64,000 nt of DNA from a bacterium (GTDB lineage: Bacteria > UBA8248). How positions within the stretch are numbered: the first letter of the stretch is position 1; every line of letters begins with the position of its first letter. Where the stretch lies: NCBI GenBank assembly GCA_965261085.1, contig OZ253442.1:864001-928000 (forward strand). The letters are read 5' to 3'. The notes under the pieces were generated by a model, which had not been told where the DNA came from, searched no databases, and was given only the letters and a program-made list of their open reading frames with translations. Below, piece by piece: positions 37,724 to 48,283 of the stretch. Position numbers and translations under genes: made by a program.

Positions 37724-39550
37724 ATGAAGGCGAAGGATCCGAAAGAACGTAAAGAAAAGCAAAAGACGCAGATACCGGTTCCGGGAGATGACTCGGGCAA
37801 CGACAAAGACCCAACTCCCGAAGTGGCGCAGACCGCCGAAGCGGGGGGAAGCCCGCCTGGCAGGACGGGTATTCGCGCATCGCTCGACTTCAAGGCCAGA
37901 GGCGAGCCTTTCGTCTGGATCATGGGCGGTGCGCTCGCTCTCGGCGTATTGATGATCGTCGGCTTTCTCGCACTCGTTTTATGGAACGGCATCGTGACGT
38001 TCTACCCCGGTCCGGTGGAAGTGGTAACGCTCAAGAATGGTCAGCGCATGGCCGGCGAGCCGTTTCGCTCGGAGAGCTTCCGCCCCTCCGCCGAGCAGTT
38101 GAAAGGGGTCGATGCGGAATCCCGGCGCGCCATCCGGGAGGCGGACGGGCTTGCGAGCCGCACGCTCTACCGGATCGGAAATTTCGACATCTACAACGAG
38201 GATTTCAAGTGGGCGGTGGCGCATCAGGTCGCCAAGACCGAGACTCCGCCCGGCATATTCTTCATCGAACGCAGGGAGTGGGGCCCGTTCATCGGCTTCA
38301 TCAAGACCTTGATTCTCGATGGCCGCCGGATTCCGAGCGAAAAGGTGTCCCTGGATGAGTTGTATGCGGCCCACGACGGGGCGGTCGACCGCAGGAACGA
38401 AATTCGCTCCACCGAGGTGGACGAGATAGGCGCCATCAATTACTACATCGAAGAGGATCGGCTCGCCTTGCGGCGCACCTCGCTGGACTACGGGAAGAAG
38501 AGCGAGGAGTATCGCGCCGAAAAAGAGAAGTACGAGCGCCGGACGAAGGAGAGGCGGGCCGGATTCGCGGTGCTCAAGAAAAGAATCGCCGCGATTAACA
38601 AAGAGGATGAGAAATACAAGATCGTCCTCAGGGAGATCGGCGGCCGCGAGAAAAACCTGCGGCTCTCGGAAATTGTCCGCATCTACCCGGCGAATAATCT
38701 CTCGATCTTCGGGAAGATGGGCGTCTATTTCTCCAGGTGGGGAGAGTTTTTGACCGACGATCCGCGCGAGGCGAATACCGAGGGCGGCGTCTTGCCGGCG
38801 ATATTCGGCACCGTCATGATGACGCTGCTCATGGTCGTCTTCGTCGCTCCGTTCGGCGTGGTCACGGCCCTTTACCTGCGTGAATACGCCAAACAGGGCG
38901 CCCTGGTCTCCATCGTGCGCATCTGCGTGAACAACCTCGCGGGCGTTCCCTCCATCGTCTACGGCGTGTTCGGCCTCGGGTTTTTCGCCTACACCGTCGG
39001 GGTGAGAATCGACCAGTTATTTTATCCCGAAAGGCTCCCCAACCCGACGTTCGGGACGGGCGGTCTTCTGTGGGCGTCCCTGACGCTGGCGCTCCTCACC
39101 GTTCCGGTGGTGATCGTGGCGACAGAGGAGGCGCTCTCCGCCGTTCCCCGCTCCATGCGGGAGGGCTCTCTCGCCTGCGGCGCCTCGAAATGGCAGACCA
39201 TCCGGAACATCGTTATGCCCCAGGCCATGCCGGGCATCATGACCGGCCTCATACTGGCGATGGCGCGCGGCGCGGGCGAAGTGGCGCCCCTCATGCTCGT
39301 AGGGGTGGTGAAGCTCGCGCCCGAGCTTCCCTTCGACACCTTCTTCCCGTTCCTGCACCCCGAGAGGAGCTTCATGCACCTGGGCTTCCATATCTACGAC
39401 GTAGGGTTCCAGTCGCGAAACTCCGAAGCCGGAAAACCGATGGTTTTCGTCACGACGCTTCTTTTAATCGGGATCATCGCCTTCATGAACGCTTTCGCCA
39501 TCATGGTTCGCAACCGCCTTCGGCGGAAGTTCGTGGAAGGTCATTTTTAA
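37724..39550 (+). CDS. pstA: phosphate ABC permease, long form
   Basis: PREANTEGGV.PAIFGT, LAGVPSIVYG, ARGAGEVAPL. Confidence 0.9.
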   Translation: MKAKDPKERKEKQKTQIPVPGDDSGNDKDPTPEVAQTAEAGGSPPGRTGIRASLDFKARGEPFVWIMGGALALGVLMIVGFLALVLWNGIVTFYPGPVEVVTLKNGQRMAGEPFRSESFRPSAEQLKGVDAESRRAIREADGLASRTLYRIGNFDIYNEDFKWAVAHQVAKTETPPGIFFIERREWGPFIGFIKTLILDGRRIPSEKVSLDELYAAHDGAVDRRNEIRSTEVDEIGAINYYIEEDRLALRRTSLDYGKKSEEYRAEKEKYERRTKERRAGFAVLKKRIAAINKEDEKYKIVLREIGGREKNLRLSEIVRIYPANNLSIFGKMGVYFSRWGEFLTDDPREANTEGGVLPAIFGTVMMTLLMVVFVAPFGVVTALYLREYAKQGALVSIVRICVNNLAGVPSIVYGVFGLGFFAYTVGVRIDQLFYPERLPNPTFGTGGLLWASLTLALLTVPVVIVATEEALSAVPRSMREGSLACGASKWQTIRNIVMPQAMPGIMTGLILAMARGAGEVAPLMLVGVVKLAPELPFDTFFPFLHPERSFMHLGFHIYDVGFQSRNSEAGKPMVFVTTLLLIGIIAFMNAFAIMVRNRLRRKFVEGHF

Positions 39551-39565
39551 TGGAGACGTATTGAA

Positions 39566-40396
39566 ATGGTGTCCAACGCGGTAGTGACCGACCTGCAAGG
39601 CGAGTTCGAAGCGACGGCGTACCATCCCGTCGAGAGCGAACTCGGCACCGTGATCGAAATCGAAAGCTTCAGCCTCTGGTACGGGCAGAAACAGGCTCTG
39701 TTCAATAACACCCTGAAGATACAAAAAGAGCTCGTCACCGCCTTGATTGGCCCTTCTGGTTGCGGAAAATCCACGCTCCTTCGCTCGTTCAACCGCATGA
39801 ATGACCTGATCGACGGCATCCACCGCGACGGGACCATTGCGATTGACGGAAGCGAAATTCACGATCCGCGCGTCGAGGTCATCGAGCTTAGAAAGCGCCT
39901 CGGCATGGTTTTCCAAAAGCCCAACCCGTTTCCGATGTCGATATTCGAAAACGTGGTCTATCCCCTGCGGGTGGACGGGATACGCGACAAGCGCGTGCTG
40001 GAGGAAACCTGCGAGCGCACCCTTCGCGACGCCGCGCTCTGGGACGAGGTGTCCGACCGGCTCCAGGACAACGCGCTCGGCCTCTCCGGGGGGCAGCAGC
40101 AGCGCCTGTGCATCGCCCGGGCGATTGCCTCGGAGCCCGAGATCATTCTGATGGACGAACCCTGTTCGGCGCTCGACCCGATTGCCACGGCCCGGATTGA
40201 GGATCTGATCGCGCAACTCAAGGAACATTTCTCCATCGTCATCGTGACGCACAACATGCAGCAGGCCGCGCGCGTCTCGGACAACACCGCTTTCATGTTC
40301 CTGGGCCGATTGATCGAGTATGGGGAGACGAAGAAGATTTTCATGAATCCCATGCACGTTCGGACATCCGATTACATCACTGGCCGGTTCGGCTAG
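39566..40396 (+). CDS. pstB: phosphate ABC ATP-binding protein
   Basis: [31 protein letters not shown]. Confidence 0.95.
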   Translation: MVSNAVVTDLQGEFEATAYHPVESELGTVIEIESFSLWYGQKQALFNNTLKIQKELVTALIGPSGCGKSTLLRSFNRMNDLIDGIHRDGTIAIDGSEIHDPRVEVIELRKRLGMVFQKPNPFPMSIFENVVYPLRVDGIRDKRVLEETCERTLRDAALWDEVSDRLQDNALGLSGGQQQRLCIARAIASEPEIILMDEPCSALDPIATARIEDLIAQLKEHFSIVIVTHNMQQAARVSDNTAFMFLGRLIEYGETKKIFMNPMHVRTSDYITGRFG

Positions 40397-40416
40397 GTCG
40401 CTTTAGGAGATTTGGC

Positions 40417-41100
40417 ATGGCACTGACGAGCGGAAGGGCGCACACGAGTTCGGAATTCGAAAGTGAACTCCAGGAACTCCGCCGCCTTATTCTGGAATTG
40501 GGCGCCAAGGTGGAGGCGATGATGGCGAAAAGCATCGAAAGCCTCACCCGGCGGGATTCGGACATCGCCCAGGCTGTCATCGAAAGTGATTCGGAAATCA
40601 ACCAACTCGAAGTCGACGTGAACGAGCTTTGCCTGCAGATGGTGGCGCTCAGGCAGCCGACGTCGGTGGACCTTCGCTTCATCACGACGGGTCTCAAAAT
40701 CGCCTCCGACCTCGAACGGGTGGGCGACTTGGCCGTCAACGTGTGCGAGCGGGCGCTGGAGTTGAACGAGGAGCCTCCGCTCAAGCCCTACATCGAACTG
40801 CCGCGGATGGCGAGCGCTTCGAGCCAGATGCTGCGCGAGAGCCTGGACAGCTTCATCAAGGAAGACGTGGTGCTGGCGCGCAAGGTGATGGCGAGTGACG
40901 ACGAAGTAGACGACATGAACGAGGAACTGTTCCGCGAACTGCTGACCTATATGCTGGACAACCCGCGCAACATCAGCCGGGCGACCCGCCTGACGTTCAT
41001 CTCGAAATACTTCGAGAGAATCGCCGACCATGCGACGAACATCGCAGAGGCCGTCCTCTTCATGGTGGAAGGCCGGAACCCGAGACGCGAACTCGCCTAG
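40417..41100 (+). CDS. phoU: phosphate signalling protein PhoU
   Basis: QP...DLR, DLERVGD, ERIADHATNIAE. Confidence 0.95.
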   Translation: MALTSGRAHTSSEFESELQELRRLILELGAKVEAMMAKSIESLTRRDSDIAQAVIESDSEINQLEVDVNELCLQMVALRQPTSVDLRFITTGLKIASDLERVGDLAVNVCERALELNEEPPLKPYIELPRMASASSQMLRESLDSFIKEDVVLARKVMASDDEVDDMNEELFRELLTYMLDNPRNISRATRLTFISKYFERIADHATNIAEAVLFMVEGRNPRRELA

Positions 41101-41210
41101 TCCCTTTCATCGCCTTGTAGCCGCCTTCCCTGTATCCACGCGATTTTGAGGGTCGGTCTCAGACCTGTGTTTCCGTGCTTTTTCCGGAAAACCGGCTCAG
41201 AAAGCTCTTC

Positions 41211-42248
41211 TCAATCTGCGATTCCCAGCATGGATTTCAAGCGGTCGTAGTTCGTGGGGCCCATCTCCAGCTCGTTTCGGTTGATCGCGCGCGCGAGTTC
41301 GCTTACGGCGTCGTTGTATGGAGTGGGAATCCCGAGTTCCCTGCCCTTTCGCGAGACGAGGCCGTTGATGAATTCAATTTCGTTTTTGCGGCCCTTGATG
41401 TGATCGTGAATGGGCGCCGTGCGGGCGCGCGGGCCGGTGTGGCCCGTCATGGTCGTGAGGGCGTTCAGCAGCACCTTGTCTTCATTGCCCGCGAAATCAT
41501 CCGCGCTCAACCCGAATACGGGTTCGATGTTGATTCCCGCCGCCGTGCCCACCGCCACGGTCTCCTTGCCGAGTTTTACCGCGATATCGAAGATTCCGGG
41601 AAGTTTCGCGACTTCCCTGTTCAACAGGCCGATGAGCCCCCAGGGGCCCATGCTCATCGAATTGACGACGAGCTTCGTCCATTTCGTGCCCCGGATGTTG
41701 GTGGAGATTTCCACCTTGGCGACGTGGCTCAGGATTTTCTGTATTTCCTTGAGGCGCGGGGTGATGGAGCCGTCCAACTCACCCACGGCGAACCAGGTGC
41801 CTGTGCGCGGCGTATTGCGCTGAACGAAACCGGGGTTGAAGATTTCCCCCGAAAGCTCGATGCAGCAGCCCACCACGCGCTCCCGGCCGAGAATGGAAGT
41901 CGTTATCTCCTCCTCGTTCATGCTGTTCTGGAGTCCTACCAGCACGCCGTCGGTTTTTAGGTGCGGCACCATGAGTTCGGCCATCCAGCGCGTGTCGAAA
42001 GATTTCACCGCCAGCAGGATGAGATCGAATTCAGGCTTGGCCGAAGCCAGCTCGCACAGGTGAAGCGCCTTGACGCGAACCTTCAAGTCGAGGTCCGGCA
42101 TCTGGACGTGGAGGCCGTCTTTTTTCATCGCCTCCACGTGCGCCGGCCACTGATCCACGATGGTGACGTCATAGCCTGCGTCGGTGAGGTCTGCGGCGGC
42201 GCTGCTGCCGATGGCTCCGGTTCCGAATACGGCGATCTTCTCGAACAC
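41211..42248 (-). CDS. ketopantoate reductase family protein
   Basis: GTGAIG, LAVKSFD, LQNS, KWTKLVVN, EIEFING. Confidence 0.85.
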   Translation of the reverse strand: MFEKIAVFGTGAIGSSAAADLTDAGYDVTIVDQWPAHVEAMKKDGLHVQMPDLDLKVRVKALHLCELASAKPEFDLILLAVKSFDTRWMAELMVPHLKTDGVLVGLQNSMNEEEITTSILGRERVVGCCIELSGEIFNPGFVQRNTPRTGTWFAVGELDGSITPRLKEIQKILSHVAKVEISTNIRGTKWTKLVVNSMSMGPWGLIGLLNREVAKLPGIFDIAVKLGKETVAVGTAAGINIEPVFGLSADDFAGNEDKVLLNALTTMTGHTGPRARTAPIHDHIKGRKNEIEFINGLVSRKGRELGIPTPYNDAVSELARAINRNELEMGPTNYDRLKSMLGIAD

Positions 42249-42758
42249 TTCTCACTCTCCTTCCGGGTTCTTGTTCAGGCGCGATTCTCGCATATAAACC
42301 ATATGTAGCACGTCTGTCGCCGGTTTCACGACCTCCATGCGGCGGGTTCCCTTCTTTCCACAAAGGCCGCGTGCGGGTGGTTTCGGATAGATTTCCCCGG
42401 CAATTGGTTGACATGTAAGTGGTAATCACCAATTATAAAAATACTCGCAAAAAGAAAATAACCGTGTGGAGGGGGTGGATTTCATCAGCGAAGCACGAGT
42501 GATTTTTGGGTTTTGCAGAGGATGGGGGAGCCTCTCATTTTTTGAACAGGAAATCGGTAAGGGTTTGGTGTATTTACAGGCATCGCGGGTCGCCACATCA
42601 TAAAGTCGCCATCTTCCCATCCCCCCCTCTGAATCGTTTTTCTAAACATCTACGGGCGTATGCCGCCGCATCGCGTGTAGCATAAGGTACACCTGAGAGC
42701 ATGTGGAATCCCAAGTGAGGTACACGTTTAGAGGATACCGTATAGAGGAGGAAAGAAG

Positions 42759-44288
42759 ATGAAGAGAAGGTTCGTAATTTTTGGAATGGCTGTTTTCATG
42801 TCGCTGACTGTGATGTCCGGAAGCGCGTTTTCGGCCAAGAAAACGCAGCTCATTATTGGAATGCCCGGAGATCCCACGACCTTCGACCCCCATATCCGGC
42901 TCGGGCTGCCCATGCTTCAGTCCTGGCCGCTCGTGTTCGACAACATTCTGGCGCGCGACATCAAGGGAAAAATCGTTCCCGCCCTGGCGACGTCATGGAG
43001 TTTCGTTACTCCTACGGTTCTGGAGCTCAAGCTCCGCAAGGGCGTCAAGTTTCATAACGGGGAGCCTCTCGACGCGAATGCCGTGAAATACAGTCTCGAC
43101 AGGCTGTTCGATAAGAAGGTTAAAAGCCGAATCCGCAATTTCTACAGGAGTCTCAAAAAAGTCGAAGTGGTCGATTCGCATACCGTGCGCATCCACACCA
43201 AGCATCCGGACCGCTACCTGCTCTCGCCGCTGGCGGATTTCAGCGCGGTGGTCCCGCCGAAGCATTACGCGGGCAATAAACTCAAGGATCTCGCGCGCAA
43301 GCCGGTCGGCAGCGGTCCCTACCGCCTCACGAAATGGCGCAAAGGTTCCGAGATGGTGTTCGAGGCCGTCCCCGGATACTGGGATAAATCGCGCCAGCGC
43401 GTGAAGAAAGTGATCGTGAAAGTCATTCCCGAGCCGACGACGCGCGTCTCGGCGCTCGTGGCCGGCGCGGTCGACATGATCAAGGACATTCCGCCCCAGA
43501 CGGTTCCGATGGCGAAATCAAACCCCAACGTCGACGTGGTCTCAGGCCCCGGGCCCAAGGCTTGTTCGCTCATCATGGTTCTCAAGGACGGAGCCCCTTG
43601 GTCCGATGCGCGCGTGCGCCAGGCGGTGAACTACGCCATCGACAAGGAAAGCATCATCAAACACGTGCTTCAAGGCCACGCGACCGCGGCCATGGGCACC
43701 GTCGTCGGACCGAACAGTTTCGGCCACAACCCGGCCTTGAAAGCCTATCCCTACGATCTGGCCAAGGCGAAGAGCCTCATGAAGCAGGCCGGATACGAAA
43801 AGGGCTTCACCGTTCCGCTGGTCGTTCCCCTGGGGCGCTATCTCAAGGGCGTGCAGGGGGCCGAGGCCATCGCGGGGCAGCTCAAGAAGATCAACGTCAA
43901 CGTCAAGGTGAAGCCGCTGGAATACGGCGCCTGGCGGCGGAACAGCCGCTCGAAATGGAAGAAGGGCTATAAACCCTATTGGAATTACGCTTGCCGCAAT
44001 GATCTCGCGCTTCATGCGGCCTGGATGTACTCGGGCCTCCTGTACAGCAAATCGACGCACGGCGGCGTTCGGAGCGAGAAGCTGGACAACATGATCGTAG
44101 GCGCCCGCTCCGAGCCGGACGAAGCCAAACAGGCCGCGAAATACCGGAAGCTCGCCGAATACATCAGAGAGCAGGCCTTCCTGGGCTTTCTGTATCACCT
44201 CGATGAGATTTCGGGAAAGAAAAAATCCGTCGACTGGAAGATGCGCTCCACCGGCCTCGTGATCGCAACCGACGCGGGGTGGAAGTAA
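42759..44288 (+). CDS. peptide/nickel ABC substrate-binding protein (DppA-like)
   Basis: signal peptide, PALATSW, LRKGVKFHNG, PVGSGPY, RVRQAVNYAID. Confidence 0.9.
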   Translation: MKRRFVIFGMAVFMSLTVMSGSAFSAKKTQLIIGMPGDPTTFDPHIRLGLPMLQSWPLVFDNILARDIKGKIVPALATSWSFVTPTVLELKLRKGVKFHNGEPLDANAVKYSLDRLFDKKVKSRIRNFYRSLKKVEVVDSHTVRIHTKHPDRYLLSPLADFSAVVPPKHYAGNKLKDLARKPVGSGPYRLTKWRKGSEMVFEAVPGYWDKSRQRVKKVIVKVIPEPTTRVSALVAGAVDMIKDIPPQTVPMAKSNPNVDVVSGPGPKACSLIMVLKDGAPWSDARVRQAVNYAIDKESIIKHVLQGHATAAMGTVVGPNSFGHNPALKAYPYDLAKAKSLMKQAGYEKGFTVPLVVPLGRYLKGVQGAEAIAGQLKKINVNVKVKPLEYGAWRRNSRSKWKKGYKPYWNYACRNDLALHAAWMYSGLLYSKSTHGGVRSEKLDNMIVGARSEPDEAKQAAKYRKLAEYIREQAFLGFLYHLDEISGKKKSVDWKMRSTGLVIATDAGWK

Positions 44289-44439
44289 AAACGGCGCCTC
44301 GCTTCTCTCCCGGTTGTCTCTGCCGCAACCGGGAGAGGGCGACGCCGGACGCCCGGGCAGGGCGGGAGAGATTGGTTCGTGGCCCCGGGCGAAAATGCGG
44401 AAGCACCGGGCAAGAGGATAGTTCGTAACGGGGGGCGCA

Positions 44440-45357
44440 ATGACGGGATTTATTGTTCGCCGGATGTTTCAGGCCGTCGTGCTCATGAAGTTCGTCCTGA
44501 TTTTCGTGTTCCTGCTTTTGCATCTCTCCGGCGATCCGGCCCGGATCATGCTTCCCGACGACGCCACCGAAGAAGACATCGCGGAACTCAGGAACGAGAT
44601 GGGGCTCGATAGGCCGCTGCTGACGCAGTACCTCATCTTCTTCCGCAACGTCTTGCGCGGGAATTTCGGCGAATCCTTCGAGCATGGCGAGTCCGCCCTT
44701 AAAGTCGTGCTCGAACACCTGCCCGCCACGATCGAACTCGCTGCGGCCGCCTTCATCATGTCCGTCCTCATCGGCCTGCCGTTCGGGTGCATCGCCGCCC
44801 TGAAGGAGAACACGGTCTACGACAAGGGGTTGATGGTGGGGGCCGTACTCGGCCAGGCGGTCCCCGATTTCTGGCTGGGCCTGATGATGATCCTCCTCTT
44901 CTCCGTGAAGCTGGGATGGCTTCCGCCGTTCGGGTACGGGGAGCCGATTCATTTCATCATGCCGACCATCGCCGCGGGCGTTTTTCACACGGCCCGCCTC
45001 GCGCGCCTGATGCGCTCTGAAATGGTGGAAGTGCTCCGCCAGGATTATATTCTCACGGCGTATTCCAAGGGATTGGCCGAGAAGGTCGTGCTGTTCAAGC
45101 ACGCCCTCAAGAATTCGGCCATCCCCATCGTCACCATACTCGGCCTGGACCTCGCCCTCACGCTGGGGGGAACCGTCATCACCGAAACCGTGTTCGCCTG
45201 GCCCGGCGTGGGGAGGCTCACCGTCGCCGCCATTCACCACCGGGACTACCCGATAGTCCAGGCGGCGGTTTTTCTTCTGGCCTTGGGCTTCGTCGGCATC
45301 AATTTGCTGGTGGACATCATATACACCTACCTCGATCCCAGGATTCAGTACCGATGA
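44440..45357 (+). CDS. peptide ABC permease (DppB-like)
   Basis: QDYILTAYSKGL, ETVFAWPGVG, RDYP, DPRI. Confidence 0.92.
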   Translation: MTGFIVRRMFQAVVLMKFVLIFVFLLLHLSGDPARIMLPDDATEEDIAELRNEMGLDRPLLTQYLIFFRNVLRGNFGESFEHGESALKVVLEHLPATIELAAAAFIMSVLIGLPFGCIAALKENTVYDKGLMVGAVLGQAVPDFWLGLMMILLFSVKLGWLPPFGYGEPIHFIMPTIAAGVFHTARLARLMRSEMVEVLRQDYILTAYSKGLAEKVVLFKHALKNSAIPIVTILGLDLALTLGGTVITETVFAWPGVGRLTVAAIHHRDYPIVQAAVFLLALGFVGINLLVDIIYTYLDPRIQYR

Positions 45358-46271
45358 GGCATGAAGAACACGAAAGCATCGTAGAGGCCCAGGAGTTTCA
45401 GCATTTCGACGAAACTCCCTGGTGGCAACGGCTCGGGCGCTCGCTCATCGCCACGAAATCCGCGATGGCGGGAGCCGTTATATTGCTCATCGTGCTGATT
45501 GCCGCGGTGTTCGCGCCCCTGCTCGTGCCGCTGGACCCTACGGCGCAATCCCTCACGCGGGTGATGAAACCGCCCATGTGGCAAGGGGAGGGGCACATCT
45601 TCTATCTGGGCACCGACCACCTCGGCCGCGACCTCTTGAGCCGGTTGATATACGGCGCGCGCATATCCCTCATCGTCGGATTATCCGCGACGGTACTGGC
45701 GGGGAGCATCGGCCTCATCCTCGGTATGGTAGCGGGCTATTTCGGCGGAAAGGTGGACTTTCTTCTGATGCGCCTGGTGGATTTCGTCCTCTCGTTTCCG
45801 TTCATTCTGCTGGCCCTGGCGACAATCGCCATTCTGGGGCCGAGCCTTTGGCTCATCGTCTCCTTGATCTCTTTTCGCCAGTGGACGGTGTATGCGCGCG
45901 TGGTGCGCGGTTCTGTTCTCTCGATTCGCGAGCAGGAGTTCGTCATCGCCTCGCGCGCCGTCGGGGGGAGCGACCTGCGCCTCATCTTCCGCCATGTTCT
46001 GCCCAACGTGCTGGCGCCCGTCATCGTCATCGGTTCCTTGTATCTGGGCCGGCTAATCGTCATCGAGGCGGGCCTCAGCTTTCTGGGATTGGGCGTTCCT
46101 CCGCCCACGCCCACCTGGGGCGGACTTCTGGCCGAGGGCCGCTCCTATCTGTACGTTTCATGGTGGATCGTCACGTTTCCGGGGCTCGCCATCACCTTCA
46201 CGGTGCTGGGAGCCAACCTCTTGGGCGACTGGCTCAGGGATGTCTTGGACCCGCGTCTCAGGTCGCGCTAG
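45354..46271 (+). CDS. peptide ABC permease (DppC-like)
   Basis: LGTDHLGRD..SRLIYGARISL, HVLPN, LSFLGLG, GD.LRD.LDPR. Confidence 0.92.
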   Translation: MRHEEHESIVEAQEFQHFDETPWWQRLGRSLIATKSAMAGAVILLIVLIAAVFAPLLVPLDPTAQSLTRVMKPPMWQGEGHIFYLGTDHLGRDLLSRLIYGARISLIVGLSATVLAGSIGLILGMVAGYFGGKVDFLLMRLVDFVLSFPFILLALATIAILGPSLWLIVSLISFRQWTVYARVVRGSVLSIREQEFVIASRAVGGSDLRLIFRHVLPNVLAPVIVIGSLYLGRLIVIEAGLSFLGLGVPPPTPTWGGLLAEGRSYLYVSWWIVTFPGLAITFTVLGANLLGDWLRDVLDPRLRSR

Positions 46272-46302
46272 CGAATACCCGTTCTAATTCAGGAGAAAGA
46301 CA

Positions 46303-46749
46303 ATGGCTGAAGATATGATGGAAAATTACGTGGACAAAAATCCCGACGTGCAGGAGCGCTTCAGGAAAGCGGGCGAAATCCGCCGCGCGATGGGAATCTA
46401 CGGAGAAGGCGGTCAGACTTCGGATGATTTCCTGAAGATATCTCCGGCGCACACGCAGGCCATCATGGAGTATTGCTTCGGCATGGTGTGGGCGCAGTCG
46501 GAAAAGCTGGATCTCAAAACCCGCGAAATCATCGTGCTCGCCACCATGGTGGCGCAGGACCTGCCCGGAGAACTGGAGTGGCACGTGCGCTCCGCACTCA
46601 ATCTGGGTCTCACGCAAGAGGAAATCATCGAGGCGATCGTGCAGTGCTCACCCTACGTCGGTCTCCCGAAAACGAACCATGCGCTCAGGGCGGCCAAGCG
46701 GGCTTTCGACAAGGCCGAGGGAAAAGAACCGAGCGATTTGGGGCATTAG
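46303..46749 (+). CDS. carboxymuconolactone decarboxylase family protein
   Basis: FG.VW...LDLKTREII, HVRSALNLGLT.EEI.E, PYVGLP. Confidence 0.85.
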   Translation: MAEDMMENYVDKNPDVQERFRKAGEIRRAMGIYGEGGQTSDDFLKISPAHTQAIMEYCFGMVWAQSEKLDLKTREIIVLATMVAQDLPGELEWHVRSALNLGLTQEEIIEAIVQCSPYVGLPKTNHALRAAKRAFDKAEGKEPSDLGH

Positions 46750-46804
46750 GGGTAATAAACCCTTTGCGGGGGAATCAAGATCGATTTCCCCCTCGATGGG
46801 GGTG

Positions 46805-47290
46805 TTACTTCTCCTTGAGAAGTCGCGGCCAGTTCTTCTCGGCCGATTTGATATGTCCGGGGATGTCCTGCTCCCAGGTTCGCTGAACGCCCTTGCTGTA
46901 GTTCAGATAAAGTTTTCCGTCCACGATTCTCCATGCTTCGGGGACGATGCTCGCGGTGTAGCCCTGGCTCACGGCGTATGCGCAGTAACCGCCGTATTTT
47001 GGGGCGTATTTTTCAGGATTATCGCGGAACAAGTCACGGTTTCGCGCGCTCGAAAAATACCAGGTGGCGCCTTTCCATTTGTGGGAGAAATCCTTTTTCC
47101 CCTTTACGGGTTTTTTCTCCGTGAAATAGGCCACCGGGTCGTATCCTCTGATGGCGCCTCCGAGATAGGTGGAATAAACGGGAGCGATGGCCTCCGCCGG
47201 GCTTACAAGAGCGAAGAAAAAGACGGCGAGACAGGTGGCCGTCCATACCCGCCGACGGGGGGTCCGGGGCGTTTTATTCGTTTTTCGCAT
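46805..47290 (-). CDS. YHS domain-containing secreted protein
   Basis: GYDPVAYF, F..NPEKYAPKYGGYCAYA, IVDGKLYLN. Confidence 0.85.
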   Translation of the reverse strand: MRKTNKTPRTPRRRVWTATCLAVFFFALVSPAEAIAPVYSTYLGGAIRGYDPVAYFTEKKPVKGKKDFSHKWKGATWYFSSARNRDLFRDNPEKYAPKYGGYCAYAVSQGYTASIVPEAWRIVDGKLYLNYSKGVQRTWEQDIPGHIKSAEKNWPRLLKEK

Positions 47291-47408
47291 CTCTTAAATC
47301 ATCCTCTCAGAAAACAAGTGGCGACATCTCGAGGCGGTGCGATTCCCCGAATACGCATTATACCCCAAACGCGCAGAAATGCGTTTCGTAAGCGTGACGA
47401 AAAACCCC

Positions 47409-48095
47409 TCAACACGCATAAAATTCCGGGAGGGTAAGGTAGCCCTCGCGCGGCAGTTCATTTATTAGGGGTAGGCCTTGTCTTAGTTTTTGTCTTTGGG
47501 CGGTCCGCAAGTGAGCGAGCACGTTCCAGTAGACGTGGCGCAGGACCGCGCCGATTTCCAGGTGGAAAAGACCTGGGCGCTCCGCGTCTTCATGAAACCC
47601 GAAAGGATGAAGGCGGGTGGACATCCTGTGGTAGTCGACGGGTTTGTGGGGGTCTCCCGGGCGGGAGGCTTCGGGGTCCGTGTAATAGGTGAACGACATG
47701 GAGCACAATCTTTCCGCGCTTTCGCGCTCGATGATTTCACCACAAAGCGCGGCCCAGGGCCGCATGAAGTCGACCACGGCCCTTTTGTCGCCGGCCGCTT
47801 CGGGCGGGACGTGCCGGATGCCCGCGCCGATGAGGTCGGCGATGAGCCCGGCGGTATCGGGAAAAGTGTAGCCTTCTCTCAGAAGCATCTCCCCTGCCCG
47901 CATGGACAGCCACACAGGGGTCACGAGGGCGATGTGGCGCAGTTGTAAATCCATCGACCAGCGCGCCCAGGGCGGCTCCTCGTTGGCGTAGGACATCTGC
48001 TCGTGGGTCAGTCCCTTGACCTCCCCGTACACGAGGTCGGGATAGTTTTGGAGACGGGTCTTTAGTTCGGGCCATTCCGCATTCATCTTTTTCAC
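47409..48095 (-). CDS. hypothetical protein (DinB-like)
   Basis: WS..LQLRHIA and H...H (RHVYWNVLAH) patterns. Confidence 0.55.
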   Translation of the reverse strand: MKKMNAEWPELKTRLQNYPDLVYGEVKGLTHEQMSYANEEPPWARWSMDLQLRHIALVTPVWLSMRAGEMLLREGYTFPDTAGLIADLIGAGIRHVPPEAAGDKRAVVDFMRPWAALCGEIIERESAERLCSMSFTYYTDPEASRPGDPHKPVDYHRMSTRLHPFGFHEDAERPGLFHLEIGAVLRHVYWNVLAHLRTAQRQKLRQGLPLINELPREGYLTLPEFYAC

Positions 48096-48283
48096 CTCTG
48101 GGGTCAGGTTTTCATGGGGATCAGGTGAAAGAATTATACCTTGTATGCGGGAGAAAAGAAGGGTAGAATTTTCTCATCCATTTGAATTTTTTCATATTTG
48201 TCTTTGTACGCTTGCAAGTGTTGCGCTCTTCAATGTCCCCGCAAGGGGGATAATTCCATTCCTGTTCAGGGAGGGTACCGCCA

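Noticed and set aside
35083-39550. Very long PstC/PstA as novel fusions
   Set aside because: Long forms with large periplasmic domains are already known from Pseudomonas/Vibrio-type pst operons.
42759-46271. Peptide ABC operon without ATPase genes
   Set aside because: Common; ATPases are often shared from another locus.
46805-47290. Third selenoprotein (YHS family has Sec members)
   Set aside because: The motif is YGGYC with a Cys codon; there is no in-frame TGA.
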